From NCBI GenBank assembly GCA_035760455.1, contig DASTSX010000073.1, positions 1 through 57,942 of the forward strand: a stretch of DNA of 57,942 nucleotides, given 5' to 3'. The position numbers and the translations under genes are program-made. This document shows positions 38,057-47,404 of this stretch, one piece after another. The notes beneath the pieces were generated by a model. The model made no database searches. It was given only the letters and a program-made list of their open reading frames with translations, and was not told the origin of the DNA. The DNA comes from Gemmatimonadaceae bacterium. GTDB lineage: Bacteria; Gemmatimonadota; Gemmatimonadetes; Gemmatimonadales; Gemmatimonadaceae. Numbering within the stretch: position 1 is the first letter of the stretch; each line of letters starts with the position of its first letter.

Positions 38057-38100
38057 CTGAGCAGCACGACAATTTGCGAGATCCGGCGCGGTCACCCGCC

Positions 38101-38131
38101 CGACTCCGTACGACAGTCTGTACGGGAGTCG
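38101..38131 (+). terminator. Hairpin downstream of tRNA-Phe
   Basis: cgactccgtac (38101-38111) pairs with gtacgggagtcg (38120-38131), giving 11 bp with one bulged G and an 8-nt loop. Confidence 0.4.
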
Positions 38132-38490
38132 CTGGCGAGGGGGCCGCGCTTTTCGCGTTCTTGGCCGGAACGGGCTCGCGGTCGGTGTTCCCGGAGGCCT
38201 TCCTAGCGCTTGCCGAGGAAGTGCGCGACCAACGCCAACGACCCATCCAGCGAGCCTGCCATAGGCGGCGTTCACGACGATGGCGAACCAACCGTCGCCA
38301 AGCTGCGCGGCGAACTCGGTGGAGCGAGCACTGGCGATCGCCCGGCTCAGGGACGGCAGCAACGCGCCTCCGCCCTCTGCGAGGGTGCGTAGGAACGCGA
38401 TCCAATCGTTACCTCGTCGTCCACTGGCCGACGGCCGTCCGTTGCGCCGCAGCGCCTACGTTCACGCTCCTCGATCAACGGAGCGCGTTC

Positions 38491-38847
38491 ATGCGCAACC
38501 CGATGCCGTTCCAGCTCGAGCTCACGGGGGAATCGGCCACGTTGTATCTCCATGGCCGCCTCGACCATGGCAGCCACGCCGCGATGCTGAAGGCGTGTGC
38601 GGCGCTTCCTGTCTCCGTCCGAACACTTCGGCTCGACCTCCGGGCCATCCGCGTCATGACCGCCGAGGTCACGAGCGTGGTGCGTCTGCTCCTCACCCAA
38701 TGGCGCGACAGTGGACGCGGAGAGTTTCGACTGACTACATCCCATCTCATGGCCGTGTGTACGCGAGTCCCCGCGTCGACGAGCGAGAGGAATCCCGCAG
38801 GGGCTACGATCGCCAAACGAGGCGAGCACGCGCCGGCACCGGCCTGA
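38491..38847 (+). CDS. Possible STAS-domain (anti-sigma-factor-antagonist-like) protein
   Basis: 118 aa from ATG 38491, with GGAG about 8 nt upstream. LELTGESATLYLHGRLDHGSHAAMLKACAALPVSVRTLRLDLRAIRVMTAEVTSVVRLL loosely fits the STAS pattern. This is the only coding-like part of track ORF 37885..38847. Confidence 0.4.
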   Translation: MRNPMPFQLELTGESATLYLHGRLDHGSHAAMLKACAALPVSVRTLRLDLRAIRVMTAEVTSVVRLLLTQWRDSGRGEFRLTTSHLMAVCTRVPASTSERNPAGATIAKRGEHAPAPA

Positions 38848-38857
38848 AAGCGAGACC

Positions 38858-39067
38858 CTACCCCTCTCGCCCTTCGGCTACTTCCCGATCGTCGTCGGCG
38901 CCGTCGGAGGCCGTACGGCGCTCGTCGGCGCCTTCGCGACCGATCGGTCCGCGGATCATGCTGCCAAGCGACATGAAGGCCGTGGCCTGATCGTCCGAGC
39001 TCTCGTCGTCCGGACGCTTCCCCTGCTCGGCGCGAAGCGATTCGGTCTCGCTATCTGAGCGTTCCAT
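38858..39067 (-). CDS. Small acidic hypothetical protein (69 aa)
   Basis: ATG 39067 is preceded by a strong SD (GGGAGGAGTC-ATG on the minus strand). GC3 is high. The sequence MERSDSETESLRAEQGKRPDDESSDDQ... is rich in Asp, Glu and Ser. Confidence 0.5.
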   Translation of the reverse strand: MERSDSETESLRAEQGKRPDDESSDDQATAFMSLGSMIRGPIGREGADERRTASDGADDDREVAEGREG

Positions 39068-39214
39068 GACTCCTCCCGGGGGTTCAGCGCCATCCAGCGC
39101 AAGCCGCTGGCCAGTGCTGGCGCTGACCGCTCGAGCCGGCGGTCCCTCCGCGCGTCGGCGGACCTGCGCCTCGCTTGAGAGGCAGACTCGTTGCACGCCT
39201 GAAGCAGCAACGCA

Positions 39215-40621
39215 TCACACCGCGTCGGACGGCGACGTGAAGTTGAAGTTCCGCACCTTGAGCGTGGGCATGACGAACGACCCGCCGGTCTCCGTGCCGG
39301 CGATGCGGATTGCCGGACCGATCGCCTCGACGTTGTCGAGCATGAAGAGCGGGGACTCGTTGAAGCGGAAGTTCTTCACCGCCCGCGTGATCTTGCCGTC
39401 CTCGATGAGGAAGACGCCATCGCGCGTGAGTCCCGTGTAGAGAATGGTGCGCGGATCGACCGAGCGCAGATACCAGAGCCGCGTCACGAGGATGCCACGC
39501 GGCGTGGACCGGATCATCTCCGCCGCCGTCGTGGGGCCGCCGAGCATCTTGAGCGAGCCCGCGGAGGGGGTCGCCTCCTTCCCCTGCTTTCGCGCCCAGA
39601 ACCGGGAGTAGGAGAGCGCCTTCAGCACCCCGTTCTCGATCCACGTCATCCGTCTCGACGGGAGTCCTTCCTCGGTGAACGGCTGCAGGAACAGCTGCGG
39701 GTCCCGCGGATCGGAGAAGATGGTGACGCGCGGATCCATGATCCGCTCGCCGATCTTGTTGCCGCCCGGCTTGGCGAACGCGCTGCGCCCCTCGTCGGCG
39801 AGCCGGGCCTGCAGCGCGCTCCCGAGCAGACTCACCAGGTCGCCCACCGCCTGCGGCTCGAGGATCACCGTGTACCGGCCCGGCTCCAGCGCGACCGGAT
39901 TTCGCGAGAGCCGCGCCTTCTCGATCGCGGCGCGGCTCACCTTCGCGAAATCGATCCTCCTCCAGTCGTTGTCGTCGGCGCCCGCCCATCCAGAACCAGT
40001 GCCATCGGCCGTCCGAACGGTCACCGTGTAGTTCGCCGACGTCGAGCGGTGGTAGGCGAACAGTCCCTTGCTGGTGCCGAGTGCCGAGGATCGCGCGTTG
40101 ACGAGGAGGAAACCGGCCGCCTGCAGGTCTCCGGCCTTGCGCGCCGGCTCGAGCGCGGTGAGCGCCACGCGCGCGCGATCGGCGGCCGAGACGTTCGCCG
40201 TGGCGTCGACGTACCCCTGCACGGGGACGTAGCGCTGAGGACCGAGCAGGGGAAGCCACTCGGGGTCGTCGGGGGACAGTCTCGCCAATCGCTCCGATTG
40301 CTCGATGACACGTCCGATCGAGTCGTCCGACAGATCACTCGTCACCGCAGTCGCGTGCTTTCGCCCGATCACGCTGGTGACCGTGAGGCTGGTGCTTCGC
40401 ACGCTCCCCGAGGTGGACATCTGGTTCGCGGCGAAGCGTACGTCCGATTGATGGCCGCTACCGACGCTCACGAGCACCTCGTCTGCCCTGGACAGCGCCT
40501 TCACCCGGTCCACGATCGCCCGCGCCTGGTCGCGTGTCATCAGCGTGCCGTCCGCCGCCGCCTCGCGCGGAGCGAGCAGTCGCTTCGGCTCGCCGCGGCT
40601 CCTCTCGGGCGCGCCGCTCAC
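39215..40621 (-). CDS. PmbA/TldE-family protein (TldD partner), no signal peptide seen
   Basis: GTG 40621 overlaps the tldD-like stop (GTGA). An alternative ATG start is at 40540. It shows PmbA_TldD family similarity throughout and has no HExxxH. The track ORF to 41923 is over-extended. Confidence 0.8.
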   Translation of the reverse strand: MSGAPERSRGEPKRLLAPREAAADGTLMTRDQARAIVDRVKALSRADEVLVSVGSGHQSDVRFAANQMSTSGSVRSTSLTVTSVIGRKHATAVTSDLSDDSIGRVIEQSERLARLSPDDPEWLPLLGPQRYVPVQGYVDATANVSAADRARVALTALEPARKAGDLQAAGFLLVNARSSALGTSKGLFAYHRSTSANYTVTVRTADGTGSGWAGADDNDWRRIDFAKVSRAAIEKARLSRNPVALEPGRYTVILEPQAVGDLVSLLGSALQARLADEGRSAFAKPGGNKIGERIMDPRVTIFSDPRDPQLFLQPFTEEGLPSRRMTWIENGVLKALSYSRFWARKQGKEATPSAGSLKMLGGPTTAAEMIRSTPRGILVTRLWYLRSVDPRTILYTGLTRDGVFLIEDGKITRAVKNFRFNESPLFMLDNVEAIGPAIRIAGTETGGSFVMPTLKVRNFNFTSPSDAV

Positions 40622-42240
40622 GACGTCCTCCCGGTGTTGATGACGTCGATCTGTCGGAACCGGCTCGGCACACAGCCGTGGCTCACCGCATTCGACTGAC
40701 TCGGTTGGCCCTTGCCGTCGTAGAATGCGGAGCCGAGCTCGTAGCTGGCCTTGCCGCCGATCATGTCCATCGCGTTCCAGAAGTCCGGTGTGCGCATCTG
40801 GTACGCGACGTCCTTCAGCATCCCGACGATCTTGCCACCCCTGATCTCGTAGAAGACCTGACCGCCGAACTGGGCGTTGTAGCGTTGCTGGTCGATCGAG
40901 AAGGAACCATCGCCCACGATCGCGATGCCGCGATCGGTCGCCGCGATGAGATCGTCCCACCCGATGTCCCGCTCGCCCGGCATGAGGGAGACGTTCGGCA
41001 TGCGCTGGAACTGCACAGTGCCCCACGAGTCGGCGTTCGAGTTGCCGTGCGAGCGCACGGGCTTCCCCTGCTTGTCGTACCACCACTTGAGCCAGCTCGC
41101 CTGCTCGCGGGTGGTCTGGTAGTCGTTGAGGATGCCGTTCCTGACGAGCAGAAAGTCCTCGGGCTGGACGCCCTCGTCGTCGTAGCCGATGGTCGCGCAC
41201 CCGCCGGGCTCCGAGCGGTCGCCCCGGACGTTCATGAAGTCGGGACCGTACCGCAGCGTGCCGAGCACGCGCTCGGGCGGCGCGAGGAAGCTCGTGCCGG
41301 CATAGTTTGCCTCGTACCCCATCGCCCGGTCCAGCTCCGTCGGGTGCCCGATCGATTCGTGGATCGTGAGCCAGAGGTGCGACGGGTGCAGCACGAGATC
41401 GTGGCGTCCCGCGGTGACGGGCTTCGCCGAAAGCTTCTGCACCGCCTCCGACGCCCATCGGCCGGCGTTGCCGACGAGGTCCTGCTCGAGCACGTACTCC
41501 CACCCGCGCTGCGCGGGCGCGACGACGTTGGCACGCGTCTGGAAGTCGCCGGGCGCGGTCGCGGTGGCCTGAAAGGGCACGGCGCAGCGGACCACTGTCT
41601 GCACGATCAGCGAGCCGTCGCTGTTCGCGAAGCTCCGATCCTCCTTGATGAAGTCGAGCCCGGAGCTGACGAAGCTCACGCCCTTCACCGCCATCGCCGC
41701 CGCGTTGGCTCTGAGCAGGAGCTCGGCGCGCTGCTCGATCGGGATCGTGAACGGGTCGATCGTGAACGCGCTCTTCCAGGTCGCATCCTTGTGGACCGCT
41801 GCGGGCGCGAGCTGCACCGGTGTGTCGCGCGCGACCCGATTGGCCTTCGCGATCACGATCGCCTCGCGTGCGGCCGTGGCGACTCCGTCTTTCGTCAAGC
41901 GACTCGTCGCCGCGAAGCCCCACGTTCCGTCCACGAGTGCGCGAACTCCCGCACCGACCGAGTCGGTATCGCTGGTGTTCACGATCTGCTGCTCGCGCGT
42001 CGAGAGCGAGCTGCCGCGATACCGGCCGATGCGCACGTCGGAATAGCTGGCGCCGCCAGCCTTCGCCGCGTCGAGCGCCGTCATCATCAGCTCGCGCACC
42101 ACGTCGTCGGGCGGCATCTCCTCGGCGTGACGCAGCGAGGCGAACCCCGCCCCCACTTGCCTCGGGTCGAGCACCCCGGTCGCGGCGAGCCCGGCCGCCG
42201 CGATCCCGCTCTGCTTGAGGAAGTCACGCCTCGTCTTCAT
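40618..42240 (-). CDS. TldD-family metalloprotease with twin-arginine (Tat) signal
   Basis: ATG 42240. The N-terminus MKTRRDFLKQSGIAAAGLAATG is Tat-like. The metalloprotease motif HESIGHPTELDR (HExxxH) is present. Confidence 0.85.
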   Translation of the reverse strand: MKTRRDFLKQSGIAAAGLAATGVLDPRQVGAGFASLRHAEEMPPDDVVRELMMTALDAAKAGGASYSDVRIGRYRGSSLSTREQQIVNTSDTDSVGAGVRALVDGTWGFAATSRLTKDGVATAAREAIVIAKANRVARDTPVQLAPAAVHKDATWKSAFTIDPFTIPIEQRAELLLRANAAAMAVKGVSFVSSGLDFIKEDRSFANSDGSLIVQTVVRCAVPFQATATAPGDFQTRANVVAPAQRGWEYVLEQDLVGNAGRWASEAVQKLSAKPVTAGRHDLVLHPSHLWLTIHESIGHPTELDRAMGYEANYAGTSFLAPPERVLGTLRYGPDFMNVRGDRSEPGGCATIGYDDEGVQPEDFLLVRNGILNDYQTTREQASWLKWWYDKQGKPVRSHGNSNADSWGTVQFQRMPNVSLMPGERDIGWDDLIAATDRGIAIVGDGSFSIDQQRYNAQFGGQVFYEIRGGKIVGMLKDVAYQMRTPDFWNAMDMIGGKASYELGSAFYDGKGQPSQSNAVSHGCVPSRFRQIDVINTGRTS

Positions 42241-42330
42241 GTGCACGGATGCTGGAAATGGCGGGTTCACGCCTGGCCGCGCCATCGCGGCCACGCGCAT
42301 ACGCCATGGTCGGCGCGGGTATCGATCCCG

Positions 42331-42809
42331 TCAAGTCGCGAGCCGTCGCCACCGCGCGCGCACGTCACGGGTGCAGGGGCGAGACGCCGAGCAGGGGCCC
42401 TCCATCGCGTCGCCAGATACGCAATCGCGCCGCCCATCACGACCCCCCGCGGCCACCAGTCGCCCGACTGGGCCGAGCACGAGCCGCAGGACCCGGGCAC
42501 GCACGGCGCCGAGCGCGATCCGGATGCGCGACTCGGCGACGATCGTCGGGCGGGCGTCCGTCCCGCGCAGCCGCTGATTGCCCGCCGCGAGCCGCGAGGC
42601 GCGGATGGCGTGCCCGAGCTCGACCTGGGTGGGCAACGTCGACAGCAGACGCGCGTTGTCCCACGGCTGAGCGCCGCGTCGAACTCCCGCGCGTCGGCCG
42701 CACGCAGCGTCGCTGCCGGCAAGCCCGCCGCTTCGACGACGAAACCCTCGCCCTCGAGCGGCAGGCGCAGCTACTCGAGCACGTCGGGCTGGTCGTCGGC
42801 GATCAGCAC
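42331..42809 (-). pseudogene. Decayed NtrC-type response regulator fragment
   Basis: The minus strand from GTG 42809 reads VLIADDQPDVLE, an in-frame TAG (42773..42771), then LRLPLEGEGFVVEAAGLPAATLRAADAREFDAAL, which is the first half of a receiver. It then continues in another frame as QPWDNARLLSTLPTQVELGHAIRASRLAAGNQRLRG...IVAES (receiver end plus linker). Walker-like debris, SGDWWPRGVVMGGAI, appears in a third frame. Confidence 0.5.
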
Positions 42810-42894
42810 GCGAGGGGGAGCCGGGACACGGGCAACGCGGGGTCGGGGCGAGGAACGCGACGGAAGGCGTCGCTCCGAAGCAAGCCCGCGGCGC

Positions 42895-44295
42895 TCATGG
42901 GATGACCGACTCCTGCGTCTGCGGGTTCATGTACGGAAGCTGTCGCGCCCCGCTGCGCACGTTGTCGCTGAGCAGCAGCATGTCGACCCCACGGAGCATG
43001 TCGTTCGTGTAAACGAACCCGTTGTACCAGTACGACGACCACACGCGGCCCCCCGCCGGACGGAACACGCCCACCTCGGCGTCGGCGGCGCTGGCGCCGG
43101 CGACGAGCAGCGCGTCGACGTCGACGATGGTCGTCCCACCCGTGTAGTACGCCGACACGAGCACGCGCCGGCCCTTCGGCAGCGGGACGAAGTTGAAGTT
43201 GTGCGCGGTGCACTTGCCCGTCTCGGCGCGCGGGATCTTGTAGCTGCCGAGGAGTGCGCCGGTCTCCACACTCAGGAACCAGATGCGTCCCTGCTGGTCG
43301 TTCGGGTCGGCGCAGCGGGCGTCGGCCCCGCCACCGGACTCGTCGCCGAAGGCGACCGTCTTCCCGTCCCAGCTGAACGCGGCCGAGTGCCAGATGTCGC
43401 CATTGAATCTGTCGACGGCCGGATCGTCGAATCGCCAGAGGAAGCGGGGCTTCTCGGGGTCGCTGATGTCCCACAGCTGCGTCTCGCTCAGACAGGCGGC
43501 GGCCGCGCGCTTGATCTCGAGGAACACGGTGATGTCGTGGCAGCCCGTCACCTGGAGCCCCGCCGTCGAGTATGTCTCGGTTCCGGGGTCGAGGAAGTAC
43601 GGCCACACGTTCTTCGGCGTCGCGGCGGGATTGGCCAGCGACACTTCGACGATCGAGATGTAGCCGAACCCGTCCGCCGTGGTGCAGGGAGGTCCGGCCT
43701 GGCTCGACGCCGGATACGACGAGACGTAGACGAGCACGCGATTCCGCGCCGGGTCGGGAACGAGCGTGTGCGTGTGGCTGCCGCACGGCACGGTCACGAA
43801 GTCGAGCAGCTGGGGACTCGCCGGGTTGCTCACGTCGAAGATGCGAACCCCTTCGAACGGCGTAAGCGCCTCCAGGGGCGCGTCGGCGCTGGTGCAATCC
43901 TTGGTGGTCTGCCGTACGTCCACGGACTGGAAGAGCAGGGTGCCGTAGACGGAGACATCCCCCTGAGCGCCGTTGCACGCGACGGTGCTCACGACCGCGG
44001 GACGTTCCGGATCGGAGACGTCGATGACGCGGAAGCCGCCGTAGTCGCCGGCGAACGCGAATCGTCCGGCGAACGCGAGATCGGACGGCCTGCGCGACTC
44101 GAGCGCGGCGACGTTCGCCAGGAGCTTCACGTTCTTGCTCTGAACGCTGGGTCCGGTGGCCCCGGGATCGGTGGGCTCCTCTTCATGGAGCCGCGGGCCG
44201 TCGAGCGGGACGCGCACACTGGTCGGGGCCTCTCGACAGCCGAGCGCGAGCGCGGTGACGGCGAGCAGGGCGGTGAACGAGCGGAGCTCTCGCAT
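42895..44295 (-). CDS. LVIVD-repeat beta-propeller lipoprotein
   Basis: 466 aa. It has the lipobox LALGC. Repeated motifs read FRVIDVSDPERP, VRIFDVSNPASP, ISIVEVSLANP and QLWDISDPEKP. Confidence 0.7.
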   Translation of the reverse strand: MRELRSFTALLAVTALALGCREAPTSVRVPLDGPRLHEEEPTDPGATGPSVQSKNVKLLANVAALESRRPSDLAFAGRFAFAGDYGGFRVIDVSDPERPAVVSTVACNGAQGDVSVYGTLLFQSVDVRQTTKDCTSADAPLEALTPFEGVRIFDVSNPASPQLLDFVTVPCGSHTHTLVPDPARNRVLVYVSSYPASSQAGPPCTTADGFGYISIVEVSLANPAATPKNVWPYFLDPGTETYSTAGLQVTGCHDITVFLEIKRAAAACLSETQLWDISDPEKPRFLWRFDDPAVDRFNGDIWHSAAFSWDGKTVAFGDESGGGADARCADPNDQQGRIWFLSVETGALLGSYKIPRAETGKCTAHNFNFVPLPKGRRVLVSAYYTGGTTIVDVDALLVAGASAADAEVGVFRPAGGRVWSSYWYNGFVYTNDMLRGVDMLLLSDNVRSGARQLPYMNPQTQESVIP

Positions 44296-44470
44296 GGTGG
44301 CACCTCGTCGGAGGAGGGCACGGTCTCCACGACCACGGTGGCCGTGGGTCTCCTCACCACGTGGTGCTCACCAGGAGGTCACTTCGACGGTGTCCCTGTG
44401 CCACTCAGTAGGCGGCAACTCGCCGGGAATCAGGACAGGGGTCCACAGGCGCGCGAAGGGCGCTCGACCC

Positions 44471-46357
44471 TCAGGCGAAGTCGAGGTTGTCCGTGATCCG
44501 TGTCCCGTCGGCGGCGAACGCCTCCATGTACCGCGCGATGCGCGCCCGAGCGGTCGACACGTCCTGCACGCCGAGCGTGACGTTCAGCAGATCGACGTAC
44601 CACGGCGCCTTCACCGGCTGCGCGACGTACGCCTCCACGATCTCCCGCGCGATCGGCAGCGTCGTGCCCTTGGAGTCGTCGTGCACGTCGCGGTTCCCCG
44701 CGCGCAGGAGCTTCCCGAACTCCTCGGCGATCAATCGCTGGCAGAGATCGAGCGTGAACGCGTCGCCCTCGCCGACGCCCGCGGCGGGATCGGCCGCCGT
44801 GAGCCGCGCGCCCTTGTGCACCCACTCCCACAGGATGCTCAAGCGGATCTCGCCGGTCGCCATGTCCTCCATCAGATAGAGCACGTCGTCGTCGCCGAAG
44901 AAATCGGCCGGCTTCAGCGCCGCGGCCTGGAAGCCCCGCCCGAACGCATTGCCGTACTGGAGCGCGACGCTGATCAGGTCGCGCGCACCGCGAATCGTCC
45001 GCGGCGCAGGGTCGAGCGCGAGCAGCCCGTCCGCGTCGGCCCGCGTGTACGTCAGCCGTGGAAACTCGCGGCCGAGCTGATTCGCCTGACCCACCTTCTC
45101 CCATACCGGGCGGACGATATGCACCATCTTCCAGTGCGCGACCCACTTCCCGCTGGCGCCCTCGCGCTGCTCGCGCTCGGCGCCGGCGATCGCGCGCGCC
45201 ATGCCGGCCTGCACGCCCGCCGGCGAGCCGACGGGGATGTTCGGTTCCATGCCGCCCTGCCAGAGGGCGAAACGACCGTTGCGGTCGGGGGTGTTCACGG
45301 CTCGGCGCACGCGATCCTCGTAGACGCGCATGTAGCCGAAGGTCATCGTGATCGCGTCGATGTTCGGATGCACGATGGCCGGATCCCACGAGGCCGCGTC
45401 GGAGACGCTGTTGATGTAGTCCCACCGCCCGGTGTTGAAGCCGACGAAGTGCGGGCCGAGCGCGGCGCGGATCTCCATCAGCTGAAACGAGGCCTCGAGC
45501 TGCTCGACGAGCACGTAGACCTTGATCGTGCCGCGCGGCAGGCCGAGGTGCGCTTCGAGGGCATCCAGCATGTCGCTCCAGAGCGCGGCCTCCTCGGCCG
45601 TCTGGATCTTCGGCAGGTAGAGCACGACGCTCCGGCCCTCGCCCCGCAGGCGGGCATGGTTGCCGGCGACGTACAGCGCCAGGTCGACCAGCGACGCGCC
45701 GAGTGACTCGCCCGTGGCATGTCGTACGTGGCGGTCGTCGAGATGCAGCCCGCGCGCCCGGAAGATCCGCGTCGTGAAGTCGAGCTGCGTGCGCCATGCC
45801 GTGATGATGTCGCGGCCCAGGACGCCGCGGGCCCACGCATTCATCTCGCCCGCGACGCGCTCGGCCGCGGTCATGAACACGTCGGCCCGCTCGAAGGCCA
45901 GCTTCAGATTGCGCTGGTTCTCGAGCGACATCGTGTCGACCTGTCCGAGCGCGTCCTCGCCGTCGAACATCCAGCCGTCGGCACCCGAGAGAAGCGCGTA
46001 GGCGACGTTGCGAATGCTCTCGGCCGTCCGGGCGCGTGGGCGCGCGGCGGGCCCGGTGCCCTGGATCCACTGGCGCCGAAGGTCGTCCGGGATGTCGGCG
46101 CCGTCGAAGTTGCCCGCGCGGGCATCGCGAACCGCGAGGCCCGTCCCATCGATCGTCGCGTCGGCCGGCAGGAAGTCGATCCGCTCGCGCTCGCGCTGAC
46201 GACGCGTGCGCCGATCGATGCGCGCCTGCATGAGCGCGCGCCGCCTGGCGTCGAACGGCGCGAGGATCCCGATCGCGTCGAGCGCATCGGGAGTGAACAC
46301 GTCGCGATACGCGTCGAGCACGCCCGCGCGCAGGCACAGCGCGCCGACTCTATCCAC
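44471..46357 (-). CDS. Malate synthase (A-type family, long form)
   Basis: 628 aa with a GTG start that shares 1 nt with the upstream TAG. FNTGRWDYINS matches the malate synthase GRWDY motif. The remainder shows MSA-like similarity. Confidence 0.8.
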   Translation of the reverse strand: MDRVGALCLRAGVLDAYRDVFTPDALDAIGILAPFDARRRALMQARIDRRTRRQRERERIDFLPADATIDGTGLAVRDARAGNFDGADIPDDLRRQWIQGTGPAARPRARTAESIRNVAYALLSGADGWMFDGEDALGQVDTMSLENQRNLKLAFERADVFMTAAERVAGEMNAWARGVLGRDIITAWRTQLDFTTRIFRARGLHLDDRHVRHATGESLGASLVDLALYVAGNHARLRGEGRSVVLYLPKIQTAEEAALWSDMLDALEAHLGLPRGTIKVYVLVEQLEASFQLMEIRAALGPHFVGFNTGRWDYINSVSDAASWDPAIVHPNIDAITMTFGYMRVYEDRVRRAVNTPDRNGRFALWQGGMEPNIPVGSPAGVQAGMARAIAGAEREQREGASGKWVAHWKMVHIVRPVWEKVGQANQLGREFPRLTYTRADADGLLALDPAPRTIRGARDLISVALQYGNAFGRGFQAAALKPADFFGDDDVLYLMEDMATGEIRLSILWEWVHKGARLTAADPAAGVGEGDAFTLDLCQRLIAEEFGKLLRAGNRDVHDDSKGTTLPIAREIVEAYVAQPVKAPWYVDLLNVTLGVQDVSTARARIARYMEAFAADGTRITDNLDFA

Positions 46358-46752
46358 TAGGCTTCCCGAAGCAGCTGGCGGTGGCGCGCGCTGTCGATCA
46401 CCTCGAACAGGTAGCCGTTGACCGGCTCGCGAAAGAACAGCCGCTCGAACGGCGTGGCGCGCAGCGGCTCGACGAGCTCGCCGCCGGCGTCGGTGATGCG
46501 CCGGCGGAGCGCGGGGAGGTCGTCGAGCGGATGGAACAGCGCGACGTGCCGTCCGAACTCGGCTTCGAACGGCGACACCACGAAGCCTTCGACGAAGAAG
46601 ACGTGCAGCTCCTGCCCGTGGCCGATGTCGAGCCAGCGCGCCTCGACCGGAGAGTTTGGGGGAACGGGCTTCCGGCGGTAGCCGAGCGTCTGCTCGATGA
46701 AGCGCGTCGTCTCCTCGACGTGCTGCGTCGGAAGCGTCAGGTGCGCGAACAT
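46357..46752 (-). CDS. VOC (glyoxalase/bleomycin-resistance/dioxygenase) family protein
   Basis: 131 aa. The pattern is MFAHLTLPTQHVEETTRFIEQTLGY...HVALF...YLFEV. It lies upstream of and abuts the malate synthase gene. Confidence 0.7.
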   Translation of the reverse strand: MFAHLTLPTQHVEETTRFIEQTLGYRRKPVPPNSPVEARWLDIGHGQELHVFFVEGFVVSPFEAEFGRHVALFHPLDDLPALRRRITDAGGELVEPLRATPFERLFFREPVNGYLFEVIDSARHRQLLREA

Positions 46753-46765
46753 GCTCGCCGTTCGG

Positions 46766-47164
46766 CTACTCGAAGCCCTTCGCCGTCCACTTGGACCAGT
46801 AGAAGGTCATGGCCGTGTCGCCGGTGTTGGTGATCCCGTGCGAGACGTTGCCGCCGCAATACATGATGGCGCCCGGACCCACCGGCGTCGGCCTGCCATC
46901 GACCTCGATGACGCCCGTCCCGCTGGCCACGATCATGAACTCCTCTTCCGGGTGCCGGTGCGGGGGGTGCGGCGTCGCGCCGGGCTCGAGCACGCACATG
47001 CCGGTGCACATCGTCGCCAGCTGGTCGGTCGGGCCGTTGTAATGCACGTAGGCCGCCGTTCCCGGCGCGTCGCCCTCCGCTCGGAGACTCTCGGCGGCGA
47101 CGACGCCGTTCGCCAGGGCGGGGGCGGTCGTCGACGGGACGACGTAGGTGATGCCTTCGGTCAT
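46766..47164 (-). CDS. Cupin-domain protein
   Basis: 132 aa. HPPHRHPEEEFMIVASGTG...GPGAIMYCGGNVSHGITN corresponds to cupin motifs 1 and 2. Confidence 0.8.
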   Translation of the reverse strand: MTEGITYVVPSTTAPALANGVVAAESLRAEGDAPGTAAYVHYNGPTDQLATMCTGMCVLEPGATPHPPHRHPEEEFMIVASGTGVIEVDGRPTPVGPGAIMYCGGNVSHGITNTGDTAMTFYWSKWTAKGFE

Positions 47165-47404
47165 CGGAAGCTCCCGGGTGAGGCGCCGCAGCGCGAACGG
47201 CTCACGCTACAGGGCGGTGGATGCGCAGGCAAGCTCGCGAGGCGAGCTTGACGCGGATTCCGGTAGCCGTGCATCATACCGCGGGCGTTCGGGGCGCCCG
47301 CGGGTCCGCGCGAAGGGCAGAGTCCACCCGTCGAAGCATCCGGTGACGGCACAACGTCTCCGTGCTGGCTGCCTGCGGACCGCGGCCACGAGCATGGAGA
47401 TCGT

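Noticed and set aside
42249-42905. 218-aa plus-strand ORF, and other ORFs, filling the tldD/LVIVD gap.
   Set aside because: The translation is Arg/Ala-rich and has no motifs. The region is better explained by the minus-strand response-regulator remnant spread across three frames.
38057-44470. Integrated prophage or genomic island at tRNA-Phe.
   Set aside because: There is no integrase, phage or transposase gene. I saw no direct repeat of the tRNA 3' end by eye. GC content is similar to the flanks. Only weak signs remain: small ORFs and one pseudogene.
44471-47164. Glyoxylate-shunt operon (aceBA).
   Set aside because: Malate synthase is present, but no isocitrate lyase is in the window. Its operon partners are a cupin and a VOC protein, so only the individual genes are called.
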